From Gammaproteobacteria bacterium (lineage in GTDB: Bacteria > Pseudomonadota > Gammaproteobacteria > Eutrophobiales > Eutrophobiaceae): 64,000 nucleotides of DNA. Positions 41,660-53,073 of this stretch are shown one piece after another. The first letter of the stretch is position 1; each line of letters opens with the position of its first letter. Below the pieces are notes generated by a model. The model was not told the DNA's origin and did not search any database. It saw only the letters and a program-made list of their open reading frames with translations. Made by a program: the position numbers and the translations under genes. Location: the NCBI GenBank assembly GCA_965116495.1, contig OZ220696.1, positions 2,080,001 to 2,144,000 on the forward strand. Direction: 5' to 3'.

Positions 41660-42730
41660 AAGCTTCCTCCAGGCAGAATGTACCGACCGTCTGTGCGGCA
41701 TCCGGGTAGGCATGTATCCGGGTTTTCTGCGCCAGTTCGAACAGTCTGTTTTCCGTACTGCAGAGTTGCCACAATAAATCCTCGATCCTGGCTTCGGTCA
41801 ATTCTTTTTCGGGGAGCAACAACGCCGCGCCTGCATCACTCAGGTAGCGGGCATTGGCGGTTTGATGATCGTCTATGGCATAGGGAAACGGGATCAATAT
41901 CGACGCTAGTCCCGCTGCACACAATTCCGCAATCGTCAGGGCGCCGGCCCTGCATACGACGATATCCGCCCAACCGTAAGCTGATGCCATATCGGTAATA
42001 AACGGATCAACCCTGACCTGGTCCAGTTGCAGACCCGCATAGAGACGTTCCGTCTGAATGTGATTTTTCTCTCCGCATTGATGCCAGACGTTCACCTTGA
42101 GCCTGCCCTGCAACCTGTTCAGGCCCAGGGGCACCACCTGGTTCAGTTGTCGCGCGCCCTGGCTGCCGCCGAGCACCAGAACATTCAGCCTGTCCTGAGT
42201 CCCGGCAATTTTCGGTCCAGGCAGGTCTACGATCTCCCGACGTACCGGATTGCCCGTGGTGGCGACCCTGGCGCCGGCCTCGAACGTTTCCGGAAAACCC
42301 TGCATGACCTTCACGGCAAAGCGGGCGAGGATCCTGTTGGTCGTACCCGCAATCCTGTTCTGTTCATGGATCAGCAATGGGATGCGTAACAACCACGCTG
42401 CAATACCACCGGGGCCACTGGCGAACCCACCCATTCCCAGGACCGCAGCCGGACGCCGCCGAATGCAGATGTACAGCGCCTGGAGTATTGCAGTCAGTAT
42501 TTTTACCGGTGCAACAAGCTTGCTTGTCAACCCCTTGCCGCGTACTCCGCTTACCCTGACGGTCAGCAGTTCTATCCCTTGTTCCGGGACAACCCGGTTC
42601 TCGATCCCGCGGGGCGTTCCCAGCCAGAACAGCGGAATGTCTTTTGCACGCAGGTAATCGGCCACGGCCAGTGCGGGTACACGTGCCCGCCGGTCCCCCC
42701 CGCCATGATCATGATCGGGTTAGTTTTCAT
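41652..42730 (-). pseudogene. murG: MurG glycosyltransferase with an apparent 1-nt deletion at ~42674 (probably a sequence error)
   Basis: The N-terminus MKTNPIMIMAGGTGGHVYP (from ATG 42730) is in a different frame from the rest (ADYLRAK...HEQN...GNPVR...GGSQGA...RAGALT). Confidence 0.85.
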
Positions 42731-43910
42731 GCTCCACCACCTGCCTGCGTACCTTGATACCGCGGGGGTAACGGTTTTCCAAATCAATTCGCAACAGGAT
42801 TGCGATCAGGATGCAACTGGAGACAATACTGTTGGCGCCGTAGCTGAACAAGGGCAGGGTCAGTCCCTTGGTAGGCAGCAGACCCACGTTCACACCCATG
42901 TGGATAAACGCCTGGATGCCTGTGAGCAGGCCGATACCATAGGCCATATGCGCGGCAAAGTATTTTCCCAACTGCTGCGCGTACCCTGCAATACTGAACG
43001 CACGCCAGACGAAGACAAAAAAAGCCAGCGTAACAAGCAGGACAAACACCAGGCCCAGCTCTTCAGCGGAAATGGCAAAAATAAAGTCCGTATGCGCCTG
43101 TGTCAGGTAAAACAGTTTCTGCACGCTACTGCCCAGGCCGACCCCGAACCACTCACCCCTGCCGAATGCGATCAGTGACTGGGTAAGCTGGTAACCCGAG
43201 TTGAACGGGTCCTGCCACGGGTCCATAAAAGACTTCAACCTCTCCATACGATACGGAGCGAAGATTACCAGCGCTCCCAATGCAGCAACCAGCACCGGCA
43301 CCCACAGGAAAAACCGGCTTGCCGGAATACCCGCCATGAACAACATTCCGATCGTCGTCAGGAAAATAATAATGACCGAGCCGTAATCCGGCTCCAGCAG
43401 CAACAGGCCGGACATGAGGGTTACGATGCCGACAGGCCGTATAAATCCGGTATAAGTAAGGTGCAAATGCGTGGCATGACGCACCAGGTACGCGGCTGAA
43501 TAACTAATAATACAAACCTTGGCCAGTTCCGAACTCTGAAAATTAACGGGACCCAGCCTGATCCAACGTACGCTGCCATTGATCTCTTTGCCTATGCCGG
43601 GGATCAATACCAGAACGAGCAACGCCATCGCCGCGAACAGCAAAGGCGTGCTCATTTTCTCCCACAGGGACATCGGGGTTTTCAGGATGATGCCACCCAG
43701 CGCCAGACCGACCAGCACGGCAAGAATTTGCCGCCGGAAGTAGTAATAAGGATCATGGTGCAAGCGTTCGGCAAGAGAAACGGATGCGGACGAAACCATG
43801 ACGATTCCTGCTACCAGCAGGAACATGACAACCAGGACCAGCCAGGGGTCATATTCGTGCCAGTTGGCAGTCTTTACATCTTGGATCCGGATTGCCTGCA
43901 GTTTCCGCAT
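42720..43910 (-). CDS. ftsW: Peptidoglycan glycosyltransferase FtsW
   Basis: Start reassigned to ATG 43910. NGSVRWI, QSSELAK, LEPDYG, GYQL, AHTDFIF, KGLTLP. Confidence 0.94.
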   Translation of the reverse strand: MRKLQAIRIQDVKTANWHEYDPWLVLVVMFLLVAGIVMVSSASVSLAERLHHDPYYYFRRQILAVLVGLALGGIILKTPMSLWEKMSTPLLFAAMALLVLVLIPGIGKEINGSVRWIRLGPVNFQSSELAKVCIISYSAAYLVRHATHLHLTYTGFIRPVGIVTLMSGLLLLEPDYGSVIIIFLTTIGMLFMAGIPASRFFLWVPVLVAALGALVIFAPYRMERLKSFMDPWQDPFNSGYQLTQSLIAFGRGEWFGVGLGSSVQKLFYLTQAHTDFIFAISAEELGLVFVLLVTLAFFVFVWRAFSIAGYAQQLGKYFAAHMAYGIGLLTGIQAFIHMGVNVGLLPTKGLTLPLFSYGANSIVSSCILIAILLRIDLENRYPRGIKVRRQVVEHEN

Positions 43911-45301
43911 TATTTTCCGACTCCGGTCGAGAACCCGGTGACACAACGTTTAAACGCGTCGCCCCGATCAGCGTAGTCCGTGAACATATCGAAACTGGCG
44001 CAGGCAGGGGACAGCAGTACCGTATCTCCCGGTTGAGCAAGACGGAATGCCGTATTGACCGCTGCCGCCAGGCTCGTCGCGTAAAATACGGACTTCCCGT
44101 CGGGCACGATGCCGGCAATTTCATGCGCGCTCCTGCCAATCAGAATGGCCGACTTGACGTGTTTCTCTATTGCGCTTCCCAGGGGTGAAAAATCTGCGCC
44201 CTTCCCATCGCCGCCGGCAATCAGGAGAATATTCCTGCGATTATCCGCCAAGCCGCGCAGGGCTGCCAGCGTGGCGCCAACGTTTGTTCCTTTTGAGTCA
44301 TTGAACCAGTTGACACCGTTGAACTCGGCTACCCACTCACAGCGGTGCGGCAGCCCGGTAAATTCGGTTAACGCCTCCAGCAGGGCGGACATGGGCAGGT
44401 CCAGAGCCATGCCCAATGCAAGACACGCCAGGATATTCGCCAGGTTATGTCTGCCATGGACCTTGAGTTCGGATTGTTTTACCAGTGCGGCCTGGTTATT
44501 CATCAGCCAGTTTTCACCGTTACGGTTGCTGATACTGAAGTCGGCTTCAGCCTGTGTCAGGGAATAGGTGATCACTCGGCGCCCGGGCCGTAACATGCCC
44601 AGGACGCGTTCATCATCCAGGTTGATAACCATCGTACCGTCACCCGCATAAATTTTTTCCTTGATGCGTGCGTAGTCCCGGAGATCTTGATAACGGTCAA
44701 GGTGGTCGGCTGAAACATTAAGCACCGTTGCGGCAACGGGCCTGTGAGAATACAAGGTCTCCAATTGGAAACTGGATAGTTCCAGTATGTAATAATCAGG
44801 CGCCGGCAGCGGCAATAAATCCAGCGCCGGCGTACCGATATTTCCACCCAGACCAACCCGCAGACCGGACCGCCTGAACATCTCTGCCAGCAAACTCACG
44901 ACCGTGCTCTTGCCGTTGGAACCGGTTACTGCAATAAGCGGCGCGTTTATGTTGCGACAGAAAATTTCCACGTCGCCCAGGATTTCTACTCCTGCACGGC
45001 GCGCGGCGCGGATGGCCGGATGAGCCGGGTCTATTCCGGGACTGATGATTAACCTGCGCGCCCGGCACAGCAGACCGGGTTCAAAATCACCGGGAAAGAA
45101 CGGTACCAGAGGGTAATGCCGCTGCAGGTCCTCAAGTTCCGGCGGCGCCTGCCTGGAGTCAGCGACGCCCAGGCTTTCCCCTGTTTCCGCCAGGTACCTG
45201 ACACAGGATAAGCCGGTCTTGCCCAGGCCTAATACCAGCGTGTCGAACCGTTGCGCAGTTTCAGGCATAACGTGATTGCCTGGATCAGATAAAGCCTGCA
45301 T
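43910..45301 (-). CDS. murD: UDP-N-acetylmuramoyl-L-alanine--D-glutamate ligase
   Basis: GLGKTG, SPGI, TGSNGKST, ELSSFQL, DHLDRY, NDSKGTN, LSPACASFD. Start uncertain. Confidence 0.95.
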   Translation of the reverse strand: MQALSDPGNHVMPETAQRFDTLVLGLGKTGLSCVRYLAETGESLGVADSRQAPPELEDLQRHYPLVPFFPGDFEPGLLCRARRLIISPGIDPAHPAIRAARRAGVEILGDVEIFCRNINAPLIAVTGSNGKSTVVSLLAEMFRRSGLRVGLGGNIGTPALDLLPLPAPDYYILELSSFQLETLYSHRPVAATVLNVSADHLDRYQDLRDYARIKEKIYAGDGTMVINLDDERVLGMLRPGRRVITYSLTQAEADFSISNRNGENWLMNNQAALVKQSELKVHGRHNLANILACLALGMALDLPMSALLEALTEFTGLPHRCEWVAEFNGVNWFNDSKGTNVGATLAALRGLADNRRNILLIAGGDGKGADFSPLGSAIEKHVKSAILIGRSAHEIAGIVPDGKSVFYATSLAAAVNTAFRLAQPGDTVLLSPACASFDMFTDYADRGDAFKRCVTGFSTGVGK

Positions 45302-45337
45302 TCTTGTCAATCCCAAGTATTAACACTCAATCCCCCG

Positions 45338-46420
45338 TCACCTGATCTTCAGGCTCGCCAACCCGATCAGGACCAGGATCACCGTGATAATCCAGAAGCG
45401 CACGATAACCCGCGGCTCGGGCCAGCCTTTTAACTCGTAGTGATGGTGTAACGGCGCCATACGAAATATCCTCCTACCGGTCAATTTGTATGACGTTACC
45501 TGCAACATGACTGAAAGCGTTTCAATTACGAATACGCCGCCCATGATGAACAGGACAAGCTCCTGTCTGACGACGACAGCTATGGTTCCGAGCGCAGCAC
45601 CCAGTGACAAGGCGCCGATATCTCCCATGAACACCTGGGCCGGGTAGGTGTTAAACCAGAGGAAACCCAGACCGGAACCGGCAATCGCTGCACAGACAAT
45701 ACAGATTTCCCCAACCTGGGGCACATAGGGAAGACCGAGATATTCGGCAAACCTGATATTGCCGGCCACGTAGGCAAACGCGGTCAGACCGCCGACTACC
45801 ATGACGGTCGGTAGAATTGCCAGGCCGTCCAGGCCGTCCGTGAGATTTACCGCGTTGCTCGACCCGACGATGACGAAATAGCTTGTCACGATGAATAACA
45901 GGCCCAACTCATAATCAAAGGACTTGATAAACGGCAGGATCAGGCGGGTTTCGGCGGGGACTTCCGCACTGGCATACAGGAAAGCGGCTGTGGACAATGC
46001 GAACACCGATTGCCAGAAATACTTCCAGCGCGCGCTCAGTCCCCTGGGGTCCTTGCGCACGATCTTGCGATAGTCATCCACCCAGCCCAGCAGGCCAAAA
46101 GCCAGGATGACGATAAAGACTACCCATACAAACCGGTTTGAGAGGTCCGCCCAGCACAACACGCTGAAGGATATGGAGAGCAGGATCAACAGGCCACCCA
46201 TCGTAGGGGTGCCGGCTTTTTGGAGGTGCGTTTCCGGTCCGTCATCCCGCACTTCCTGGCCGATCCGGTATTTATCCAGGTAGCGGATCAGCCATGGCCC
46301 GATCAGCAAAGTTACAAACAACGCTGTCAAGGCCCCCAGTATGGTACGCGTGATTATGTATTGAAACGCATTGAAACCGCTGTAGAGCGGGGTCAGATAT
46401 TCGGCCAGCCACAGTAACAT
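45338..46420 (-). CDS. mraY: Phospho-N-acetylmuramoyl-pentapeptide transferase
   Basis: [37 protein letters not shown]. Confidence 0.97.
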   Translation of the reverse strand: MLLWLAEYLTPLYSGFNAFQYIITRTILGALTALFVTLLIGPWLIRYLDKYRIGQEVRDDGPETHLQKAGTPTMGGLLILLSISFSVLCWADLSNRFVWVVFIVILAFGLLGWVDDYRKIVRKDPRGLSARWKYFWQSVFALSTAAFLYASAEVPAETRLILPFIKSFDYELGLLFIVTSYFVIVGSSNAVNLTDGLDGLAILPTVMVVGGLTAFAYVAGNIRFAEYLGLPYVPQVGEICIVCAAIAGSGLGFLWFNTYPAQVFMGDIGALSLGAALGTIAVVVRQELVLFIMGGVFVIETLSVMLQVTSYKLTGRRIFRMAPLHHHYELKGWPEPRVIVRFWIITVILVLIGLASLKIR

Positions 46421-47778
46421 TACGCCACCCTCTCGGCCACCAGGGCGTCAACCACGCGTTCCATGGACATGGACCTGGAGCCTTTGACCAGCAGGTTCAC
46501 ACCGGGCCGCAGTTCCCGGCGCAAGGTCTCAAGCAGGTCATCCAGCAATTCGAAATGCCTGGCACCTGCGCCGAACCCCCTGACCGAATGCATAGCAAGC
46601 TCACCAATCCCGTACAGGCGTTCGATACCGAGCGCCCGGGCCTGGGTGCCGGCCTCCTCATGAAGCCTGGCGGACGCAATGCCCAGTTCACCCATATCAC
46701 CCAGTATCAACCAGGAGTGTCCCGGCAATTCACTCACTACCTCGAGCGCCGCGTTCAGCGACGCGGGATTTGCATTGTAGCTATCGTCAATAATGCGTAT
46801 GTCCTGCAACCCGGTCTTCAATTGCAACCTGCCCTTTACGGGACGTACTTTCTCAAGCCCTTCCCTGATCTGCTCCAGTGGGGTATCGACGGCGATACAA
46901 CAGGCTGCGGCCGCCAGCGCGTTGAGGACGTTATGTGTGCCGTGCAGACTTAATTCCGTATTCACCTTACTGTTGTGGAATTCCAGGTCAAACCGGGTTC
47001 TGCCCCCGGTAAGGTCCGTAGTGATGTTGCTTGCGGTGACGTCGGCATTTGCGGCCAGGCCGAACGTGACTTGCCTGTTCTGCCGGGAACGCTCAAGCCA
47101 CAAACTGGCGAAGTCGTCATCGATGTTGATAATTGCGGCACCACCGGGAGCCAGCCCTTCGTAAATCTCGGCCTTGGCTTCGGCCACGCCTGCAATAGAA
47201 CCAAAACCCTCAAGATGCGCAGGGGCGCACTGGGTGATTAAAGCTACATCCGGCCTGGTAATCCGGCTTAACCAGCGTATCTCTCCGGCGTGATTGGCAC
47301 CCATTTCGACCACGCCAAAGCGGTGTTCGGGCGCCAGTCTGAACAGGGTCAGCGGGACACCGATGTCATTGTTTAAATTCCCCTGTGTAGACAACACCTC
47401 CGCTTCGGCTGACAGGATGGCCTTGATCATTTCCTTGACCGTGGTCTTGCCGTTACTGCCCGTCACCGCAATGATAGGTACGTTGAACCCGGCTCGCCAG
47501 TGACCGGCCAGCAGACCGGATCGCTTCCTGGCGTCATCTACCCTGATCACGGACAGCGGATAAGCAGCATCCCTGTCCACCAGGGCCGCGCCGGCACCTT
47601 TTGCAACAGCATCAGGGATGAAATCATGACCGTCTCTCGCCGCCCCCCGCAGGGCGATAAAAAGTTCACCGGGTTGCAGTGTCCGGCTGTCATAACTGCA
47701 ACCGCTGAACATCCGGTCTTCTCCCCTGAGTTTTCCATTGAGTGCGGCGCAGGCAGTTGATAATTGCATACTGATCAC
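46420..47778 (-). CDS. murF: UDP-N-acetylmuramoyl-tripeptide--D-alanyl-D-alanine ligase
   Basis: [41 protein letters not shown]. Confidence 0.96.
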   Translation of the reverse strand: MISMQLSTACAALNGKLRGEDRMFSGCSYDSRTLQPGELFIALRGAARDGHDFIPDAVAKGAGAALVDRDAAYPLSVIRVDDARKRSGLLAGHWRAGFNVPIIAVTGSNGKTTVKEMIKAILSAEAEVLSTQGNLNNDIGVPLTLFRLAPEHRFGVVEMGANHAGEIRWLSRITRPDVALITQCAPAHLEGFGSIAGVAEAKAEIYEGLAPGGAAIINIDDDFASLWLERSRQNRQVTFGLAANADVTASNITTDLTGGRTRFDLEFHNSKVNTELSLHGTHNVLNALAAAACCIAVDTPLEQIREGLEKVRPVKGRLQLKTGLQDIRIIDDSYNANPASLNAALEVVSELPGHSWLILGDMGELGIASARLHEEAGTQARALGIERLYGIGELAMHSVRGFGAGARHFELLDDLLETLRRELRPGVNLLVKGSRSMSMERVVDALVAERVA

Positions 47779-49286
47779 CCGGATTCCTCCAGCAAACGCC
47801 TCACCTGTTGCCGATCGCTGAAGGGATAACGGGTACCTGCGATTTCCTGACAGGTTTCATGTCCCTTACCGGCAATCAGTACCGCATCAGCAGGACCGGC
47901 TTTCTCCAGCGCCAGTTCGATGGCCCTGGAACGGTTGCGTTCGACAGTGGTCGCGCCTTTGCCGGTTATGCCGGAAAGGATGGCCTCAATAATGTCGTCC
48001 CCTGGTTCAGACCTCGGGTTATCATCAGTCAAAATCACTTCATCAGAAAGTATCTGCGCCGTTTCTCCCATTTGCGGACGCTTTTCCACATCCCGTTCGC
48101 CGCCACAGCCGAAAACACAGATCAGTCGCCCGGCGCAGCATTCCCGCAGGCTTGCCAGGGCCTGTTCGAGAGCGGCGGGGGTATGTGCGTAATCGACGAC
48201 GATACGCAACCCGTCTGTGCGTATGAAAGTCTCCATACGACCGGGCACCGGGCCAATGTTTTCCATCTTTTCCAGAATCCGGTCCATGGGGAAACCCGCC
48301 AGGCCCAGTACCGAAACCGCAGCCAGTATATTTCCGACGTTGAATTTGCCCGTTACGCCCGGCCGAAGCCGGCCGTTGCCCCAGGGGCTGGCAATGTCCA
48401 GGACAAGTTCGGCACCTGGCGCCGGCGTCGCCTTGACGACCGGACAGACTGACTGCCGGGGGTTGCCTGACAGGCCGTAGCCGATCGCTTCGATATCCGC
48501 CGGGAGACCACGCAGTATTTTGCGCCCGTAGGGATCATCACAGTTCACAACGGCAGCACGCAATGGACGGAACGCAAACAATTTTTCCTTGGCCCGGAAG
48601 TACTCCTGCAGGTCCCGGTGGTAATCCAGGTGATCCCGGCTGAGGTTGGTGAATACGGCAACGTCGAAATCGACCCCGTTGACGCGTCCCTGGTCAAGTG
48701 CATGGGACGATACCTCCATGAATGCCGTGTCCATGCCCGCTTCGACGAAACCGGCAAAAAGACGTTGCAGACTGACCGCACCCGGAGTCGTATTAAGCCC
48801 GGATTGAAGGCGCGGGTAAGGGCCGTATCCAAGCGTACCTATCAGGCCCGGCTGTCCCTGTGTCAATAATGAATGGACTTTCGCCAACCACCAGCTTACC
48901 GAGGTTTTACCGTTGGTTCCCGTGACACCGGTGAGACTCAGGTGTTTTGTAGGGTCGCCGTAAAACCGCCCGGCTATCAACCCCAGTTTGTCCCGTAATC
49001 CCGGCACGGGAATCAGCGCGGTCCGGCGCCGGTCCAGGTCGGACAGCAGTTCATCATCAACGGCTACTGCCGCAGCCCCCGCTTCGATGGCAGCGCGAAT
49101 GAACAGGCTGCCGCGGGTGTTCGTCCCCCGGCAGGCGAGAAATAAATCACCCTCCCGGACATCCCGGCTGTCTGAACTGATCCCCCGTATTGAAATATCG
49201 TTTTCAATACGCGCATCCGTCATGTCTTCCAGCAGTGTCTGCAATGGAAAACCGGTTTGACGCTTGTTTATGGACAACCTCATCAC
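47775..49286 (-). CDS. murE: UDP-N-acetylmuramoyl-L-alanyl-D-glutamate--2,6-diaminopimelate ligase
   Basis: TGTNGKTS, MEVSSH, DHLDYH, DYAHTP, DNPR (DAP-specific motif), GKGHE. Confidence 0.96.
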   Translation of the reverse strand: MMRLSINKRQTGFPLQTLLEDMTDARIENDISIRGISSDSRDVREGDLFLACRGTNTRGSLFIRAAIEAGAAAVAVDDELLSDLDRRRTALIPVPGLRDKLGLIAGRFYGDPTKHLSLTGVTGTNGKTSVSWWLAKVHSLLTQGQPGLIGTLGYGPYPRLQSGLNTTPGAVSLQRLFAGFVEAGMDTAFMEVSSHALDQGRVNGVDFDVAVFTNLSRDHLDYHRDLQEYFRAKEKLFAFRPLRAAVVNCDDPYGRKILRGLPADIEAIGYGLSGNPRQSVCPVVKATPAPGAELVLDIASPWGNGRLRPGVTGKFNVGNILAAVSVLGLAGFPMDRILEKMENIGPVPGRMETFIRTDGLRIVVDYAHTPAALEQALASLRECCAGRLICVFGCGGERDVEKRPQMGETAQILSDEVILTDDNPRSEPGDDIIEAILSGITGKGATTVERNRSRAIELALEKAGPADAVLIAGKGHETCQEIAGTRYPFSDRQQVRRLLEESG

Positions 49287-50998
49287 CTGGTGTTATTGGC
49301 GAGCAGCGCCTGTTGTTTCAATCCGATCAGGTTATCAGGGGGAATATTCAATATCCGTAACGCCCCCTGCATCACATTGGCAAACACCGGTGCTGCAACC
49401 AGGCTGCCAAAATACTTGCCTGCCCCGGGATCATCGATTACCACGACCAGAACCAGGCGCGGTTCCGTTGCCGGGGCAAACCCGGCAAACAGTGAAACGT
49501 AACGGTCCTCTTCGTAACCGGAGGCCGAGGCCTTGTGTGCCGTGCCCGTTTTACCGGCGATATGGTAACCGTCGACAGCCGCCCGCCTGCCGCTACCTCC
49601 CGGCCCTACCACTGCCCGCATCATCCTGTTCACTTCAAACGCGACCATTTCCGGCATGACCCGGCGCGGAGCAGGAATGCTGGTGACTTTCTGAAAGCTG
49701 ATCGGGTATAACAGGCCGCCGGACGCAATGACGGAATAGGCCTGCGCCAACTGCATGGCAGTCACCGAGATACCGTACCCGTATGAAATCGTCGCCAGGT
49801 TAAACCTGGACCAGTCGGTATAATCAGAGAGTGTTCCCGCCACTTCTCCGGGATAGCTGCTCATGGTCAGGCTGCCGAAACCGATTTTATGATGCAGGTC
49901 CCAAAGCCGCTCAGCACCCAGCGACAGCGCGACTTTTGTTGAGCCGATATTACTTGATTTCCGAATCACGTCGCTGATGCTCAAGGTCCCATAATTATTT
50001 ATATCGCTGATCGAGTAGCGGCCGATTCTCAGGCGTCCCGGTTCGGTCTCTACCATGGTCTCCGGTCGGTACAGTCCCGAAATCAGCGCCGCTGCGATGG
50101 TAAACGGCTTTATAGTGGAACCGGGCTCGAATACATCAGTTACCACGCGGTTCCGGTACAGGTTACCTTTGAGGTCAGCACGATTGTTGGGATTGAACGG
50201 AGGTTGTACCGCCAGGGCAAGTACTTCACCGGTCCGGACGCCGAGCAACAACAGCATCCCTCCCCTGGCCTTATGGTTTATAACTGCTGATTGCAGTTCC
50301 CGGTATGCCAGGTATTGCAGGCGCTGGTCCAGTGCCAGGGCCAGGGATTGGCCGGGAACGGGTTGTTTGATATTTTCTATATCCTTGACGACCGAACCAT
50401 ACAGGTCTTTCAATACCCGTTTTTTGCCCGGAGCACCCCGTAACCAGTCATCAAAAGCAAGCTCGATGCCTTCCTGCCCGTCATCATCAACATTGGTAAA
50501 CCCGATCAGGTGAGAAGCCACTTCGCCGATGGGGTAATACCTTTTGTACTCCTTGCCGATATTGATCCCCGGAATCTTCAGGGCCCGCACCTGACGAGCC
50601 AGATCGGGAGGGATGTGTCTCCTGATATACACGAAGTTCCTCTCCCGCCGGTCGGCCAGGAACTGCCGGATTTCTGCTGCCGATGTATCCAGCAGACCGG
50701 CCAGTTCACCCAGGTCAACCTCTGAGTCCATGACTTTCCCCGGTACGGCCCAAATAGATGCCACCGGCGTGCTGACGGCCAGGGGCTCACCATTCCGGTC
50801 CGTAATCATGCCCCGGTAGGCGGGGATGGTAACGCTGCGGATAGCCCTGGCGTCACCTTCGTTTATCAGAAAATCCTTGTTTATCTGCAGGTAGAAGACT
50901 CGACAGGCTACTGCCGTTGCCGCGATGCCAAACAGGACCAGCAGAAACCACTTACGTCGGGCATAACCACTTTCCGGTATGGCTTTGGCTTTGCTCAT
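49283..50998 (-). CDS. ftsI: Penicillin-binding protein 3 (FtsI)
   Basis: RGMITDRNG, EPGSTIK (SxxK), SSN, GKTGT. Confidence 0.95.
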   Translation of the reverse strand: MSKAKAIPESGYARRKWFLLVLFGIAATAVACRVFYLQINKDFLINEGDARAIRSVTIPAYRGMITDRNGEPLAVSTPVASIWAVPGKVMDSEVDLGELAGLLDTSAAEIRQFLADRRERNFVYIRRHIPPDLARQVRALKIPGINIGKEYKRYYPIGEVASHLIGFTNVDDDGQEGIELAFDDWLRGAPGKKRVLKDLYGSVVKDIENIKQPVPGQSLALALDQRLQYLAYRELQSAVINHKARGGMLLLLGVRTGEVLALAVQPPFNPNNRADLKGNLYRNRVVTDVFEPGSTIKPFTIAAALISGLYRPETMVETEPGRLRIGRYSISDINNYGTLSISDVIRKSSNIGSTKVALSLGAERLWDLHHKIGFGSLTMSSYPGEVAGTLSDYTDWSRFNLATISYGYGISVTAMQLAQAYSVIASGGLLYPISFQKVTSIPAPRRVMPEMVAFEVNRMMRAVVGPGGSGRRAAVDGYHIAGKTGTAHKASASGYEEDRYVSLFAGFAPATEPRLVLVVVIDDPGAGKYFGSLVAAPVFANVMQGALRILNIPPDNLIGLKQQALLANNTR

Positions 50999-51261
50999 GG
51001 CACCAGAAAAACCAGGGAATCGTTGTCCGGCGCCTGCATGTCCAATTCTTCCTTCACCATAAGCTCGACCCGCTCATCAACCGTCCAGGCGCTCTGTTCA
51101 ATCTGGAGTCTGCCCCATTCCTCATTCAACAAGTCACGCTTTTTTTTCAACTGCTCTATCTCCATAAAAACCTTGCGTGACGTATGCTGCGTCTGGACTA
51201 CCGATACGGCTGAAACCAGTACGGTAAAAACCAGGAAGAAGATAACTGTCGGCTTTATCAC
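50995..51261 (-). CDS. ftsL: Cell division protein FtsL
   Basis: TM plus coiled coil EWGRLQIEQS; lies between rsmH and ftsI. Confidence 0.9.
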   Translation of the reverse strand: MIKPTVIFFLVFTVLVSAVSVVQTQHTSRKVFMEIEQLKKKRDLLNEEWGRLQIEQSAWTVDERVELMVKEELDMQAPDNDSLVFLVP

Positions 51262-52199
51262 GGCAGTTTCTCGGCAACCCTCAGAACCGCGCTACGGGCC
51301 CTTGGATTGGCCTGTTTTGCTTCGTTTCCGCTCTTGAGCGGCCGGCCGATTGCGTGCATCCCGGGTTTGATATCGCTGGCGGAAACGGGCAGGTAACTGG
51401 GATAGGGATCGGCGCGGGATTGTTGCCTTATGAACCTTTTTACAATCCGGTCCTCCCCGGAATGAAAACTTATTACGGCCAGTCTTCCCCCGACCCGTAA
51501 CACATCGGTTACCTGCGTCAGTACTGTCTTTAACTCTTCCAGCTCATTATTTACGTGGATCCTGATGGCCTGGAATGAGCGGGTCGCAGGATGCTTGCCT
51601 CTTTCAGTGGTCGGTACCGCGGCCTTAACCAGCTCGGACAATTCCCGCGTGGTACTGAGGTCTTTGCGGGAACGCGCAGCCACAATGGCCCGGGCAATCC
51701 TCCCGGCATATCTCTCTTCACCGTAATGACGCAATATACCGGACAATTCTGCTTTGCTCGCCTGGTTGATCCATTCCGCGGCACTGAATCCCTCATCAGG
51801 GTTCATCCTCATATCCAGCACGCCGTCCTTGAGAAAACTGAAACCGCGGGAGGCGTTGTCCAGTTGTGGCGAGGAAACGCCGAGGTCAAATAACAAACCG
51901 TCTATCGCGCCCAGCAAATCCATTTGTCCTATGACCTCAGCAAGACGGGTGAAAGAACCATGGAAACAGCTGAAACGTTTGTCGCCGGCAAACTCGGTTT
52001 GGGCAACGCGCAGCGCGTCCGGATCCTTGTCGAAAGCCAGTAAACGACCGCGGCTGTCAAGTCGCAGCAGGAGCGCTCTGCTATGGCCACCGCGACCGAA
52101 CGTACAATCCACATAACAGCCATCAGGTCGTACCTGAAGAGCATCCAACACCTCATTGAGAAATACCGGTTTATGTGCGTAGCCACTCAACTTCAACAA
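51258..52199 (-). CDS. rsmH: 16S rRNA C1402 N4-methyltransferase
   Basis: HKPV, DCTFGRGGHS, DLGVSSPQLD, HPATRSFQAIRI, NPRARSA. Confidence 0.96.
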   Translation of the reverse strand: MLKLSGYAHKPVFLNEVLDALQVRPDGCYVDCTFGRGGHSRALLLRLDSRGRLLAFDKDPDALRVAQTEFAGDKRFSCFHGSFTRLAEVIGQMDLLGAIDGLLFDLGVSSPQLDNASRGFSFLKDGVLDMRMNPDEGFSAAEWINQASKAELSGILRHYGEERYAGRIARAIVAARSRKDLSTTRELSELVKAAVPTTERGKHPATRSFQAIRIHVNNELEELKTVLTQVTDVLRVGGRLAVISFHSGEDRIVKRFIRQQSRADPYPSYLPVSASDIKPGMHAIGRPLKSGNEAKQANPRARSAVLRVAEKLP

Positions 52200-52214
52200 T
52201 ACGTTACCAAGGCA

Positions 52215-52664
52215 TCACAAGGACAGTGTTTGCAGCGCTCCGGTCGAACTCCCTTTTTCATCGCTCAACCAGTTGTCGCGCTGTTCGTCCCAGTTCTCCC
52301 TGTTCCAGATTTCGAACTTGTTACCCTGTCCCAGGATGGTGGCCTGCCTGTCAAGTTGGGCGTAGTTGCGCAGTTCGGCGGGGATCAGGATTCTCCCGTG
52401 GCTATCCAGTTGGCAATCTGTCGCATACCCGCGCATCATCTGCTTGGTCCTGCGGCTCTGCTTGTCGAAATCCGACAACTCTGCTAGTTTCTCCTCTATG
52501 AGTTCCCATGCAGGTAACGGATACAACCACAGGCAGCGGTCCAGCGGGTTGAGAGTTTGCACAAGGCAACCGTCAGCAATCCCCATGAGCCGTTCGCGAA
52601 AACGGCTGGGAATGGCGAGCCTGCCTTTGCTGTCCAGACTTACGTTGCTGGAACTTCGGAACAC
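52215..52664 (-). CDS. mraZ: Transcriptional regulator MraZ
   Basis: Two DxxGR repeats (LDSKGRLAIP, LDSHGRILIP). Confidence 0.95.
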   Translation of the reverse strand: MFRSSSNVSLDSKGRLAIPSRFRERLMGIADGCLVQTLNPLDRCLWLYPLPAWELIEEKLAELSDFDKQSRRTKQMMRGYATDCQLDSHGRILIPAELRNYAQLDRQATILGQGNKFEIWNRENWDEQRDNWLSDEKGSSTGALQTLSL

Positions 52665-52689
52665 ACTGCACCCCCCCTATACATTTATT

Positions 52690-52716
52690 ACCACATTTAC
52701 CCACTTTCTCCCACAA
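52690..52716 (-). promoter_or_regulatory. MraZ-binding GTGG repeats at 10-bp spacing
   Basis: CCAC at 52691, 52701 and 52711, just upstream of mraZ; matches the known MraZ operator architecture. Confidence 0.75.
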
Positions 52717-52924
52717 TTTGTAACTATAGGTAGCAAGTGGCCGCCATGTCAAGTAAATCTCGTAACTTTTCGGTAAAAATCTATCCGTGTTACAGGCACT
52801 TAGGAGATACCGATACCGTGATGGTCTGGTTGTAAGAACGGATACGGCTATACAAATCTTTAAATATTATGCAGTTGTAATACTTTGTTAAGAAAATCCC
52901 GAATATCAGGGGTCAGGATGGACT

Positions 52925-53043
52925 CGTCATTCCCGCGAATGCGGGAATCCAGTGAAATACTGTATCACCCCCAGGGCGACCCTTTATATTACTGGATGCC
53001 GGAACAAGCCTGCCCTGGCCTTGAGGCAGGGTCCGGCATGACG
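52925..53043. repeat. GTCATTCCCGCG-N-GCGGGAATCCAG palindrome plus a partner element with a nested CCTGCC..GGCAGG insert
   Basis: 52925-52952 and 52992-53043. Confidence 0.72.
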
Positions 53044-53073
53044 AGGAAAGTAGGCGACACAGTTCTCAAGAGG

